Shown: positions 17,167 through 26,895, numbered from the stretch's first letter. The stretch is 41,173 nt of DNA from a virus (IMGVR_UViG_3300017544_000004:1-41173), one strand, 5' to 3'. Notes: a model not told the origin generated them from the letters alone. Made by a program: numbers and translations.

Positions 17167-17555
17167 TCCCATTCACCGATGAAAGCGAAGACCTGGTCGC
17201 GGATGAAGCCGAGCTTCGGGTCCGCATAGGCGGCGCGGAATATTTCCTGCTGGCTGACATTACCTGCAGGCGGATAGGTCCAGCCGTCGAAGCTGACGGT
17301 GCAGGCGGCGAGAAATTCGGCGTTCTCCGCCGCGATTTCAGTGGCGCTGGCGTCCACCTTCCCCTTCTTGCGCAGCCGGGCGACGATGCGGTTCTGCTTG
17401 CGCTGCTGGGCTTCGGCATATTGCTCGGAACCGGGACCATAGACAGTGACGGTCAGGCGCTTGCCCGCATCGTCGAGCAGGGGCGTGTCGTCGCCATTCA
17501 TCAGCTTGATGACAGCGGTGTCGGCGGCGGCGAATTTCGTGATGTCGAAAGCCAT
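17136..17555 (-). CDS. Tail assembly chaperone (gpG-like)
   Basis: Position before tape measure; VYGPGS motif; ends W-E-N-F on slippery A-AAT-TTT. Confidence 0.8.
   Translation of the reverse strand: MAFDITKFAAADTAVIKLMNGDDTPLLDDAGKRLTVTVYGPGSEQYAEAQQRKQNRIVARLRKKGKVDASATEIAAENAEFLAACTVSFDGWTYPPAGNVSQQEIFRAAYADPKLGFIRDQVFAFIGEWENFTGNSATS
17160..17166 (-). promoter_or_regulatory. -1 ribosomal frameshift heptamer A AAT TTT
   Basis: X-XXY-YYZ in the correct phase (GAA AAT TTT), joining the G and T frames. Confidence 0.8.
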
Positions 17556-17690
17556 GTTTTATCCTTTCACGGCAGGAATGTGGCGCCCCGGCCCGCCCGT
17601 TCCGTGACACGGACGGGCCGGGACAAAAGACCCCGCCGAAACGGGGCAGTTCGTTGGAGGGTAATCTCCGGCTCACGGGCCGGGTGGAGA

Positions 17691-18197
17691 TCAGACGACG
17701 CCGATGACGACGATCGTGAAGGACACGGCGGAACCCGCGCCGCCATTGGCGACCTTCAGCAGGTCGGCGGTCCCGGCCGTCACGGCATAGCCGGCGGCGT
17801 TGGGCGCGACGAGCGCGACCATGCCGCCGGGCTTCACCTTGATCGTGTCGGCCGCATCGCCGAAAATCGAGGAAATCGCATTGGCCGCCGCGCCGCCGAC
17901 GATCACGTCGTTGGTGTTGCCGGCAGCCGCCACGATGACGAGGCCCTTGATCTTGGTGAAGGCGATGGCCGTGCCGAAAATGTCCGACACGCCGCCATTG
18001 AGGTCGATATCCTCGCTGCCGGACGCCGCGATGCTGCGCGTGTCTGCCCAAAGCTCATTCGCCTGATTGGCCCCGTTGCCGTTCTGGAGCACATAGGTCG
18101 GCCCGAAGGCGACCTCATGCGAACCAGTGCCGACGTCCAGGGCGGCGGCGAGGTTCGCCGCGACGCTGAGCGCGATTTTGGAGGTCAGGGTTGCCAT
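17691..18197 (-). CDS. Additional virion structural protein (putative decoration)
   Basis: GAGGAG RBS; Ala/Gly/Val-rich beta-type composition; between tail tube and chaperone genes. Confidence 0.7.
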   Translation of the reverse strand: MATLTSKIALSVAANLAAALDVGTGSHEVAFGPTYVLQNGNGANQANELWADTRSIAASGSEDIDLNGGVSDIFGTAIAFTKIKGLVIVAAAGNTNDVIVGGAAANAISSIFGDAADTIKVKPGGMVALVAPNAAGYAVTAGTADLLKVANGGAGSAVSFTIVVIGVV

Positions 18198-18210
18198 GGA
18201 ATCAGTCTCC

Positions 18211-18669
18211 TCAGCTCAGCTTCTCGACGACGCCGACGCCATCGTCCGAAGATGAAATCTCCAGCGTGGCGGTCGCCGACGTGATCTGGTCGACGCCGCC
18301 GACCCCGACCTTCCAGCTCATGACCTTCGCCGGGAAATAATAGATTTCGCCATTCTGGAGAGTGACGCGGAAGAAATAGTCGGCGTCGGATTTCGAGGCC
18401 GCCTTCATGATGGTCTGACCGGCATCGCTATTATCCAGCCCAAGCTGCAGCGTGATCGATCCCTCGTTGAAACTGCCCTTGAACTTGCGCGTGCCGCGCG
18501 TTCCGAGGGGATTGTGCGTGACGAGATTATACTCGCGGCCGAACTCGCCCAGATCGGTCACTTCGCCGACATCAGTGAAGGCCAGGGCGGCATAGCCCGC
18601 CTCATTATAAATGGCGGGTGCGGATGCGGTGACCGCAAGAGTGGTCCCCGCCGACGTGCGAACGGTCAT
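18211..18669 (-). CDS. Major tail tube protein
   Basis: VGEVTDLGEFGREYNLVTHNPL...KFKGSFNEG siphovirus tube signature; AAGGA RBS. Confidence 0.88.
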   Translation of the reverse strand: MTVRTSAGTTLAVTASAPAIYNEAGYAALAFTDVGEVTDLGEFGREYNLVTHNPLGTRGTRKFKGSFNEGSITLQLGLDNSDAGQTIMKAASKSDADYFFRVTLQNGEIYYFPAKVMSWKVGVGGVDQITSATATLEISSSDDGVGVVEKLS

Positions 18670-18689
18670 ATTCGGTTCCTTTTTCCAAT

Positions 18690-18714
18690 AAAAAAGCCCG
18701 CCGGATGGGCGGGC
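18690..18714 (-). terminator. GCCCGCC hairpin plus U tract upstream of the tail tube gene
   Basis: GCCCGCC-catcc-GGCGGGC-TTTTTT. Confidence 0.6.
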
Positions 18715-18747
18715 TGGGCTGCCACGGATGGAGGGAAGGAAGCGCGA

Positions 18748-18948
18748 TCAGCCCTTGGCGGATCGGGTTTTCCTGCCGGTCGGAGGGGAAGAAAACGGCG
18801 CCAGATCCTCCGGCATAGCCGCGCGAACGAGTTGAACCGCCTCCAGGTCCGCAAACTGACCATCGGGAAGATTGGGCAGAAGCGCCCCGCTCAGATACGA
18901 CCTGTCGCCCAGCGTGAAGCGGCGAATGGCCACGGCCTGTTTGCCCAT
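18748..18948 (-). CDS. Hypothetical phage protein (66 aa)
   Basis: Fills the gap in the - strand structural operon; GGGA RBS. Confidence 0.6.
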   Translation of the reverse strand: MGKQAVAIRRFTLGDRSYLSGALLPNLPDGQFADLEAVQLVRAAMPEDLAPFSSPPTGRKTRSAKG

Positions 18949-18962
18949 GGTTGGAATTCCCG

Positions 18963-19364
18963 TCAGATCTCGTTGTAGGACACGCGAAAATCCTGCGTCC
19001 CGAAATGGATGCCTGTGCCCTCGTCCCGCCCCTCGGGTCCGGCGCCGATGCTGTGCACCGTCACATGGAGGATTCCATCGACGGCCGGCATTTTCCCGTC
19101 GGCGGCCTTTTTCGCCATGCGCTGGATACGCTGCCGTGAGGCGCTATCGGCCGCCATGATCGTGGCTTGGACACGCTCGGTCACCCGCTTCACCGGGCTG
19201 GGTTTCAGCGTGTTGCGGTCGACCGTCGATATCGAAAAAAGGGCGATGCAGGGCAGCGGAAAGCCCGCCGGCACGTCGCCGATGACGATCCCGCCCACCG
19301 GGACCAGCGCTGTCAGGGCGCCGTCGCCGGCCAAAAGGCCGCGCACCGCTTCGCATCCGCTCAT
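18963..19364 (-). CDS. Tail terminator/completion protein (DUF3168-like)
   Basis: LTALVP...LPCI...ERVQ...QDFRVSY; synteny. Confidence 0.8.
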   Translation of the reverse strand: MSGCEAVRGLLAGDGALTALVPVGGIVIGDVPAGFPLPCIALFSISTVDRNTLKPSPVKRVTERVQATIMAADSASRQRIQRMAKKAADGKMPAVDGILHVTVHSIGAGPEGRDEGTGIHFGTQDFRVSYNEI

Positions 19365-19906
19365 TATTCGTCCTCGTCGATCTCAAGGGGCGGCAAGGTG
19401 CTGATGTCGATCTGCATCCGCTTGCGCACATATTCGCCCACAGCGGCGATTGCCTCGCCCTGCTTTTCGTCCAGCGCCGGCCGCATGAACGGATGCGGAC
19501 GCAGGCCAGGATGCGAAAGGATGCCGGATACGAAATCGCCACCGATCTTCATTGGTCTGTTCTTGACCGTGCCGTTGCCCTGTGCGGCCTTGCGCACGGC
19601 GACCCGGCCCTCCTTCGCGCCAGTGCGGGCGATCAGGTGCTGCCCCACGCCATGTTCAAGGAAATAGCCCACATGCGCATGTGGCCCCTTCAGCTTCACG
19701 CGAGCCTTTGGAATACCGCCCCTCACATCGGTTTCGATCTTGATATCCTTAGCGGTCTGGCCCGATTCCTTCTCGACCTTCTGCTTGGCCGATTTCTGGA
19801 TGACCTTCGCGCCGGCGCGCAGCGCGCCGCGCATCACGTTTCGCTGCATCTTGACGGGATAGGCGCTAAGGAAGGCGTCCAGCTCCCTGCCGCCCTTCAG
19901 CTTCAT
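19364..19906 (-). CDS. HK97 gp10-like neck protein
   Basis: ALRAGAKVI...FLEHG...PHPFMRPALD; TGATG coupling. Confidence 0.85.
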   Translation of the reverse strand: MKLKGGRELDAFLSAYPVKMQRNVMRGALRAGAKVIQKSAKQKVEKESGQTAKDIKIETDVRGGIPKARVKLKGPHAHVGYFLEHGVGQHLIARTGAKEGRVAVRKAAQGNGTVKNRPMKIGGDFVSGILSHPGLRPHPFMRPALDEKQGEAIAAVGEYVRKRMQIDISTLPPLEIDEDE

Positions 19907-20259
19907 CAGCCTGCCCCCATGGTCGACAGTTCCTCCGCGACGATCTCGGTGCCCTGACGTCGGCCCAGCTCGGCCGGTCCGGCGATGATCTTCAACAGCC
20001 GCCCTCCGATCTTCACGCGCATCGACGCGTCGATATCCTCGCGATAGCGCATCCGTATCCGGCAGGGCCGGGCCGAAATGTCGATCGCCTCCGCCACGCG
20101 CTCTGACCGGCTGGGCAATATGTCGATGACTTCGGCCCATGGGGCGGCAACCCTCAGCCAATGGTTGACGACATGCCCCTTGCCGTCAGGCGCGGGAGTG
20201 TTGCTCCAGATCTCGATCCGCGTGTTCAGCTTGAGCGCGACGACGCCGGTCACATCCAT
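19906..20259 (-). CDS. Head closure/head-tail adaptor
   Basis: LNTRIEI...WAEV...IRMRYREDIDASMRV; start may be GTG 20253. Confidence 0.85.
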   Translation of the reverse strand: MDVTGVVALKLNTRIEIWSNTPAPDGKGHVVNHWLRVAAPWAEVIDILPSRSERVAEAIDISARPCRIRMRYREDIDASMRVKIGGRLLKIIAGPAELGRRQGTEIVAEELSTMGAG

Positions 20260-20777
20260 ATCCTGTCATTGACGGTCGCCTCGAACAGATCGAACGACGT
20301 TCCGTCGAACCGGGCGCGCACGGCCATCTTGACCGCCAGCGCCAGGCTGGGCGGCAATTCGAAATAGCCGACCGTCAGCCGGGCGGCGACCACGCCCGCG
20401 GCGCGGCGCGCGGCCGGCCAGCTCTGACCGGCCGCCGGGCGAACGCCCATCGCCAGGCCGGCGCCGAAAAGCTCATACAGGTCGGAGGACAGCGTATATT
20501 GCGACCCGTCTCCATCTTTATATGTGATGGCAACAATGCCGGATACTGGCCCGATATTGAGGTGCGCGAGATCCGCGAATGCATCCGCGCGGATCTCCAC
20601 GATCTGCGGAGCGAGCCGGGTCGATGTCATGCGCTCGATATCGCCCACCACGGCGCTGATATAACCCACGATCTCCGCGTCCAGCGCCTCGCCATCGACG
20701 CGCAGGAACAGCTTCACCTCGTCGAGATCAACGGCATTGCCCTCCGGAGCTGTGATGACGGTCGGCGCGCTCAGCAT
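20250..20777 (-). CDS. Head-tail connector (gp6-like)
   Basis: VDLDEVKLFLRVD...LPPSLALAV pattern; synteny. Confidence 0.85.
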   Translation of the reverse strand: MLSAPTVITAPEGNAVDLDEVKLFLRVDGEALDAEIVGYISAVVGDIERMTSTRLAPQIVEIRADAFADLAHLNIGPVSGIVAITYKDGDGSQYTLSSDLYELFGAGLAMGVRPAAGQSWPAARRAAGVVAARLTVGYFELPPSLALAVKMAVRARFDGTSFDLFEATVNDRIWM

Positions 20778-20780
20778 CGA

Positions 20781-21218
20781 TCAGGCTTTCGGCGGATCGC
20801 ATTCGACGCCGAAACCGGCATCGATCAGCCGCTGAGCCTCCGATGGCCCCCCATCGGGGCCGGGCAGGTCGCTGAAAGCGCGCGTGTCGCCGCGGCTGAG
20901 CGACATACGCGGACCGCACAGGCTGGTGGTCATCCGCAGCCACCGAACAGAGCCGGAATCCTGATCCTGGCTATTTTCCGCCGGCGCATTGTCGGCGCCA
21001 GCATCGGGCGCAGCGGTGTCCGCCTTGGCCTCCGTTGCCGGTTCCGCAGCGGATTCGGGGACTCCGCTCTGATCGGTCCCTGCCTGGTCGGTCCCGGTTT
21101 GGCTGATCTCCGCCTCAGCGGGCGCTGGGGCGGCCTGCTCAGCCTCGACAGCATTTTCCGGTTCGACAGGCGCGGCGGATTTTGCCGCGGTCGCGCGGCG
21201 CGTAGGCTTGATGTCCAT
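20781..21218 (-). CDS. Hypothetical phage protein with acidic low-complexity N-terminus
   Basis: GGAG RBS; C-terminal EAQRLIDAGF motif typical of small post-capsid proteins. Confidence 0.7.
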   Translation of the reverse strand: MDIKPTRRATAAKSAAPVEPENAVEAEQAAPAPAEAEISQTGTDQAGTDQSGVPESAAEPATEAKADTAAPDAGADNAPAENSQDQDSGSVRWLRMTTSLCGPRMSLSRGDTRAFSDLPGPDGGPSEAQRLIDAGFGVECDPPKA

Positions 21219-21281
21219 GGATCTGCTCCAGATATGAAAAGGGGCGAGCCATGCCCGCCCACTGCCGACGCCGACCGCCGC

Positions 21282-22559
21282 TTAGGAAGCGGGATGGGCC
21301 AGATGCTTGATGGCGATGCTGTCGACCAGCTCACCGTCATAACGGATGAGGCCGGCCATGCCGACCTTCGGCCAGAACCGCTCGCGCACGGTGCCGATCA
21401 ACGGCGATCCGACCTTGCGCACCCAATAGCGGCTGAAGTCTCCGAACAGGATCGACTTGGCGCTGGCCGCGATCGAGGCCACGTCATCGTTGATGGAATA
21501 GGGATGATCCAGCAGCATGGCGGGCGCGCCGACGCGAACGTCGCCCATCGTCCAGAGATAATTGCCATCGCCATCCTTCAGCTTGCGGATGGCCAGCAGC
21601 GAGGTATCCGCAAACATCCACCGGCATTTCGGGCTGCGGCGATAGGGTGCGCGCACCGAATGCTGCAGGTCGAGCAGCTCGTCCGCCGCGATGGCGGTGG
21701 CGCTGGCGGCGGTCTTGCCCAGCGTGGACGCGGTGACCACGCCATTGGCCTGGCCGGTGCCGCTGCCGGTCGTCAGACGCGCATTGGCGCGCCGGCCGAG
21801 CCGTTCGCCCAGCGCTTCGGCCAGAAACTCCTCCAGGTTGAACACGCTGTCCTGCAGCAGCTCGAAGCTCAGCTTCACCCACGGCGTCGCGTCGACATAG
21901 GCATCGAGGCGCTTCTGCCCGAACGTCAGGTCGCCGCTGTCGTCATCGGTCAGATCCGCGCCCTCATTCAGGCCGGAGGCCGATCCGCTGGTGTCGTCGT
22001 TGCTCGGGATATCGAACTCGTTGCCGGATCCCGTGGTGATATCGCGGACGATATTGCCGTCATACATCGGCCCCCAGTCCTTCATGGTCTTGACGATCTC
22101 GTTCGCCAGTTCCTTGGGGACCGTGTATCCGCCAGCCGCCGCCGTGCCGGCAATCTGGACGCGCACTTCCTGATGCCCACGGCGCAGAAGATCGCGCTGC
22201 TCGCCGGTCAGGCTCTCGACGCTGCCGCCGTCGCGCAGGCAGGCATAGAAGGCGTCGCGATATTCGGCCTGAACATCGCCCTTGCCCTCATCGCCGCCGC
22301 CGCTACGGCTTTCCCCGTCCGGATTGAGCGGGCGGTTGCGCTCGCGACGCTCGGCTTCCTCCCGCTCGATCCGGGCCGTCCGCTCCTCGCGGGCGATATC
22401 CTTTTCCAGCTTGTCGAATTCCGCCATGATGGCGTCGTGGCGCTGCTCCAGCTCGGTGGCACGGCTCTCGTCCGTGTTGTTCGTGATCTCGTTGAGAGCA
22501 TCGCGGGCCTGGGTCACCAGCTGGCCCCGCTTCTCCTGCAGTTCGGTCAAGGTGGGCAT
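21282..22559 (-). CDS. Major capsid protein, HK97 fold with delta domain
   Basis: Coiled-coil N-terminus, GGYTVP, SFELLQDS, LFGDFSRY; AGGAG RBS. Confidence 0.96.
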   Translation of the reverse strand: MPTLTELQEKRGQLVTQARDALNEITNNTDESRATELEQRHDAIMAEFDKLEKDIAREERTARIEREEAERRERNRPLNPDGESRSGGGDEGKGDVQAEYRDAFYACLRDGGSVESLTGEQRDLLRRGHQEVRVQIAGTAAAGGYTVPKELANEIVKTMKDWGPMYDGNIVRDITTGSGNEFDIPSNDDTSGSASGLNEGADLTDDDSGDLTFGQKRLDAYVDATPWVKLSFELLQDSVFNLEEFLAEALGERLGRRANARLTTGSGTGQANGVVTASTLGKTAASATAIAADELLDLQHSVRAPYRRSPKCRWMFADTSLLAIRKLKDGDGNYLWTMGDVRVGAPAMLLDHPYSINDDVASIAASAKSILFGDFSRYWVRKVGSPLIGTVRERFWPKVGMAGLIRYDGELVDSIAIKHLAHPAS

Positions 22560-22577
22560 GTCATTCTCCTGGACATG

Positions 22578-22599
22578 AAAAAGCCCGCCAGTGGCGGGC
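22578..22599 (-). terminator. GCCCGCC hairpin plus U tract upstream of the capsid gene
   Basis: GCCCGCC-act-GGCGGGC-TTTTT. Confidence 0.55.
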
Positions 22600-22649
22600 G
22601 AAATGGCTGGAAGCGGGAAGCTCCTGCCGAACCGGCTGGGCCGGGATGG

Positions 22650-23267
22650 TTATCGGATGCCGCGCTCCATTTGCGCCTGGCGGGCGCGGCGCTCGCCGAT
22701 CTGGCCAGCGGCGGGAATGTGACGACGTTCGGCGCGCGCATGTTCCAGCGATCGCAGGCCGACCGACGTGTCCGGATAGGCCGGAAACGCGGTGTAGGTG
22801 ATTTCGAACAGATCCGCCTCCAATATGGTGCGCCTGGGCGGATCGACCGTCTCGTCCCATTCCTGCTTGCGGGTAATGAAACCGAAAGACATGCCGGGAA
22901 TGTCCTGCCGCTCGATCTGCACGGCCAGATCGCGCCCGTCGGACGTATCCGGCAGGTCATTCGAGAAATGGAGGCCGGTTTCATCCTCTTTCAAGATGAG
23001 CGTTCCGGCGCCCGACCGGCCGACGACGCGCCCGGTGTCGTGGCTGTGCAGCGCCACGACGTCGCGCTCGCGCAGCGATCTGGTGAACGCTCCCGGCGCG
23101 ATGGTTTCCTTCCAATATCCGCCGATATCGGTCTCGACATTGAACAGAGCGGCATAGCCTGCCGCGGTGCGTGTTTCTCCTGCGCTGGCCGCGCGCAACT
23201 CCAGCCCGCGCGTGATGGCGCGGGTTTCGCGCCCGTCAGGACTCGGTCTTGTCGCCGGCGTCGGCAT
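22650..23267 (-). CDS. HK97-type prohead protease
   Basis: GYAALFN, ETIAPGAF, HSHD, GMSFGF, FPAYPDT. Confidence 0.95.
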   Translation of the reverse strand: MPTPATRPSPDGRETRAITRGLELRAASAGETRTAAGYAALFNVETDIGGYWKETIAPGAFTRSLRERDVVALHSHDTGRVVGRSGAGTLILKEDETGLHFSNDLPDTSDGRDLAVQIERQDIPGMSFGFITRKQEWDETVDPPRRTILEADLFEITYTAFPAYPDTSVGLRSLEHARAERRHIPAAGQIGERRARQAQMERGIR

Positions 23268-24510
23268 TGGAATCTCCGCTATTTGTGGGGGTTTTCAGGA
23301 GCGGCTGGGTGCCGAGCGGCACCGTCGCGCCCTGGATATAGAGCGTGTCGCCGTCCGGCATCGGTTCCCGGTTTTCGAGCTTTCGGGCTTCATTCGGCGT
23401 CATTTGCGCCGTCTGGATGGCCCGCGCGATCCCTTCTACCCGGCTCTTGAAGTCGCCCCGCTGGACGCCGTCGACATTATGCTCGACATGCCGCGCCCGG
23501 CTCCGCTGGCCGAACAGCTTGAGGTTCAATTCCTGCTCGAACTTGCCGGCCCAATGGGTGACGACATGCTTGACGAGCTGGAGATCCTGCTGCTCGGTAT
23601 TGTTGAACGTGCCGTGCGCCAGGTCATGCAGGAATACCGGAGGCAGGCCCCAGATCCGCGACGATTCACTGATCTGGAACTGTCGCGCCTCGATCGCCTG
23701 GCCCTTTTGCGGGTCGATCCCGATCGGGTTGAGCTTGTGACCGGGCGGCATGCCGAAGAAAGGCGAGCCGCTCTGCTTCGCCAGATCGATGGCGCGCTGG
23801 ATATCGGCCTGGGCGCGCTTGAACGCGTCCGGGCCTTGCGGCAGCGGTCCCTCCAGAGAAAGCGGCGGCGTCCCGCCGCTGGCGAAGAAGGAACTGGCAT
23901 AGTCGATCATCGCCAGCATCAGGGCGATGGCGCGCTTGTTCTTGTAGATCGGACTATAGACGTCCAGTTGATTGCGCTTCAGCAGGAACGTCACGTCGAT
24001 AACATCGGCGGCGGGATATTCTTTATTGTCGAAGCGATAGAATTTCCGGCCATTTCGACGCCGGACGGATGTGTGATCCGGATCCATGGGCCAGATCGCG
24101 AGCACCTTGTTGCCCTGGCGCTCGATCCAGCTGGCGCCGCGCCCGCCGGTGAAGACCTGCGACCACATATATTCGCGCCATCCCTGACTGGTCCATTCGG
24201 GATTGGGCGCTTCGTTGAGCAGCATCTGCAGGTCGCCGTCGACGCGCTGGGCCGTGTCACCGGCCTTTTTGAAAAGATGCAGGGGCAGACTCGCCATCAT
24301 CCGTGAGAGGAAATTGACCGCGCACCAGTTGGACGGCACCTCCAGCGCCGTGTCGATCGTGACATGCGGCAGCTTCGGGTCGTTGCCGAGCAGGCCGAAA
24401 AAGGCGAGCAGATCTTCGGTCGGCGACCCGGTCGATATCGTCGGATTTTCCAGCGGATTGAGCGCGCGCTGTTCGGCGCCGCCACGGTGGAATTCAAAGG
24501 CGATCTTCAA
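23236..24510 (-). CDS. Portal protein (HK97 family)
   Basis: ASLPLHL...PNPEWT...FNNTEQQ...MTPNEARKLE; TTG start overlapping the terL stop. Confidence 0.95.
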   Translation of the reverse strand: MKIAFEFHRGGAEQRALNPLENPTISTGSPTEDLLAFFGLLGNDPKLPHVTIDTALEVPSNWCAVNFLSRMMASLPLHLFKKAGDTAQRVDGDLQMLLNEAPNPEWTSQGWREYMWSQVFTGGRGASWIERQGNKVLAIWPMDPDHTSVRRRNGRKFYRFDNKEYPAADVIDVTFLLKRNQLDVYSPIYKNKRAIALMLAMIDYASSFFASGGTPPLSLEGPLPQGPDAFKRAQADIQRAIDLAKQSGSPFFGMPPGHKLNPIGIDPQKGQAIEARQFQISESSRIWGLPPVFLHDLAHGTFNNTEQQDLQLVKHVVTHWAGKFEQELNLKLFGQRSRARHVEHNVDGVQRGDFKSRVEGIARAIQTAQMTPNEARKLENREPMPDGDTLYIQGATVPLGTQPLLKTPTNSGDSNADAGDKTES

Positions 24511-26324
24511 CCGGGCACCATGCTGTAATTGGGGTCATCCCAAGGCGAAACAGGCACTTCTTCTTTCTCCTCGCCCATATGGACGCCGATCGCGCTCATC
24601 AGCGCGACCGGGTTGTCGATCTTCAGATGCGCCTGCCCCTCCGGCTTGTTGGGGTAGACATTGTCCTTCTTGTCGGGCGCGCCGACGACGTTGGAGATTT
24701 CCCACTCCATCACGGGGTCGCCGCCATGTATGATGCGCCGGGACCGGCTGAGCGCGTCCAGTTCCTTCATCGGCTCGCTGAAATTGAGCACCGTCGGCCG
24801 ATATTCGACGACAGGGACGCCAGCCTTCGCCAGGCGCGTTGAAAGCTGAGTGGCCTGAAACGGATCGTAGGGAACCGCCTCGACCTGCAGTATCGCGCTG
24901 ATCTCGACGATCAGCGCCTCGATTTCGTCATAATCGACGATATTGCCGGATGTGACTTCCAGCAGGCCTAGACTGTCCCAGCCCTGATAGTGCGGCACGT
25001 CCGCGACCGTATCTTCCGGCAGGAAATAAAATCCGAACCGGATGAACGGATCTTCGACCGTCGCCTTTTCCCCGATCGGCAGGATCAGCACTTCCACCGC
25101 GGCGATATCGACCTTCGACGCCAGGTCGAGGCCGACGATCGCGCGCCGTCCGCGCAGCCATTCCAGTTTCAGCACGTCGCGCGGGTTTTGCGGGATCTCC
25201 GGATCCGCGCATTTCCTCCATGCCTCGACGTCGAAATAGGCCGCTTTCGCCGAAACCCACAGGTTGAGATGCTTCGTCTTGAAGACACCCGCCTTGCGCG
25301 GGGTCGCGATCGCGTCGCGCTGCCGCGCCCGCAGAAAGTCGCCCGAAACCGAAACATCGAAATTCGGGTTCGCCTTGCGAAGCGCAGTCTCCGACTTCCA
25401 GTCGTCGTCGTCGTCCATCGTATATTCGATGAACAGGGTTTCATCGTCGAGCGGAGGCCCGCCATTATGGCCGATCCCGGCGAGCTTTTTCCGTTCCTCC
25501 TGGCGCAGCGCGTAACATGGCCCAGCCAGATTATCGCCGGCCGTGGTGATGAGCAGTTGCAGCGGCTGATCGCGCGCGCCCATGCCCGTCATCATGGTGT
25601 CAACCTGACCGTCGTCTCCATGCTCGTGATATTCGTCGTGGATCGAGCAGCTCGGGCTTTGACCGTCGCCCGGATCTCCGATGATCGTTTCGAACTTCGA
25701 TCCGTCCGCGATCCGGACGATCGCGCGCGCCGGCACCTCCAGGCCGAAATGCTTCTTCAGCGCCGGTGTGCGCTCGACCATCAGGCGGGCGGGCTTGAAT
25801 ACTTCCCACGCCTGCTTTTCGTTCGTCGCACCTGAATAGACCTCGGCGCCGAACTCGCCATCGGCGCAAAGCATATACAGGCCAAGGCCCGCCGCGATGG
25901 CCGACTTGCCGTTCTTGCGCGGCACGATCAGGAACAGGCGGCGGAATCGCCGAAGCCCCTTTCGGTCGCCGGCGCGATGAACCCAGCCGAATGTCAGGCA
26001 GATGATCCAGATCTGCCATGGCTGAAGGACCAGCCGTTCCTTCTTGCTGGCCCACTTTCCCTTGCTGTGCGGCAGCTTTTCGATGAACCGACAGGGCCGC
26101 GCCGCCTTCGCCTCGTCAAAGACGTAGGGGAATTTGCTCCCGCGAACCTTGCTGAGCTTCAGCTCATCCAGGAATCGGCGGCACTGGATCCGGATCTGCA
26201 ACCCGGCCGGGATCTTGCCGCTGCAAACGTCGGTCGCATATTTCCGGGCTATCGCCGGATAATCACGCTCCTGCGCCACATCAGAAATCGCCGAACTCGT
26301 TTTCGGCCTGCGCCTTGTGGCCAC
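24507..26324 (-). CDS. terL: Terminase large subunit
   Basis: Walker A PRKNGKS, Walker B IHDEYH, ITTAG, GLDLAS, KIDNPVA. Confidence 0.97.
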   Translation of the reverse strand: MATRRRPKTSSAISDVAQERDYPAIARKYATDVCSGKIPAGLQIRIQCRRFLDELKLSKVRGSKFPYVFDEAKAARPCRFIEKLPHSKGKWASKKERLVLQPWQIWIICLTFGWVHRAGDRKGLRRFRRLFLIVPRKNGKSAIAAGLGLYMLCADGEFGAEVYSGATNEKQAWEVFKPARLMVERTPALKKHFGLEVPARAIVRIADGSKFETIIGDPGDGQSPSCSIHDEYHEHGDDGQVDTMMTGMGARDQPLQLLITTAGDNLAGPCYALRQEERKKLAGIGHNGGPPLDDETLFIEYTMDDDDDWKSETALRKANPNFDVSVSGDFLRARQRDAIATPRKAGVFKTKHLNLWVSAKAAYFDVEAWRKCADPEIPQNPRDVLKLEWLRGRRAIVGLDLASKVDIAAVEVLILPIGEKATVEDPFIRFGFYFLPEDTVADVPHYQGWDSLGLLEVTSGNIVDYDEIEALIVEISAILQVEAVPYDPFQATQLSTRLAKAGVPVVEYRPTVLNFSEPMKELDALSRSRRIIHGGDPVMEWEISNVVGAPDKKDNVYPNKPEGQAHLKIDNPVALMSAIGVHMGEEKEEVPVSPWDDPNYSMVPG

Positions 26325-26790
26325 TCGCCAGCTTCAGCGCCGCCGACGGGTTGAGCATCAACTCGCCCAGCAAGGACTGTGCATGACGCAGGGCCTCCGA
26401 CAGCATCGCCACCTCCGGCCGCGCCCGCACCATCACGAAGACGACTTCCTTCCCGTCGATCTTCTTCACCGTCTGGCTGGTGAACGTGTCGCCGGACGTT
26501 TCCAGCACAGCTTGGAACCGCGCCACCTGGGCAAGGCGCAGGGCGAGCAGGCCAACATGATCCGCATAATGCGGGCTGGCGCGTTTCTGCTCTTCCAGGA
26601 TGGTGGCGATCGCCGCAAAATAATTTCGCTCGATCTCCGACAAATGCAGCGGCGCGATCATCGCGCCCAGCGGCACGTCCTCATTCACCTTCGCGTCGCG
26701 ATCAGCGCGGTAAGTGCCCTGCGTTTCCTTCAGCGCCGGATCCTTCCGCTTGCGCCCCGCACCGGAACGCGGCCCGCCCCTAGCCATCAA
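26281..26790 (-). CDS. terS: Terminase small subunit (P27-like)
   Basis: GGPRSGAGRKRK N-terminus; PEV.ML...ELMLNPSA; directly upstream of terL. Confidence 0.85.
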   Translation of the reverse strand: MMARGGPRSGAGRKRKDPALKETQGTYRADRDAKVNEDVPLGAMIAPLHLSEIERNYFAAIATILEEQKRASPHYADHVGLLALRLAQVARFQAVLETSGDTFTSQTVKKIDGKEVVFVMVRARPEVAMLSEALRHAQSLLGELMLNPSAALKLASGHKAQAENEFGDF

Positions 26791-26809
26791 AGGGCCTCAA
26801 CTTTTTACC

Positions 26810-26895
26810 CTTTGATTTCGACCGCGCAAAAATGTGGTCAAGGGAGCGGTCCTGGTCCGGACGGGCCTGAGCTTCGACCCCTCCCCCTCCCCGGC
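26810..26895 (-). other. Putative cos/packaging region
   Basis: Non-coding gap between HNH and terS with G-run, TCGAA, GACCGC, TTTTT and CGAAAT layout resembling HK97-like cos regions; exact cut site not identifiable. Confidence 0.45.

Noticed and set aside
18198-18213. Read-through fusion of tail tube to the next structural gene
   Set aside because: 13-nt out-of-frame gap containing its own RBS; no slippery site
20499-23450. 983-aa + strand ORF and other long antisense ORFs (4660-5874, 12770-13996, 15710-17161, 23167-24306)
   Set aside because: Antisense mirrors of well-supported genes caused by high GC3
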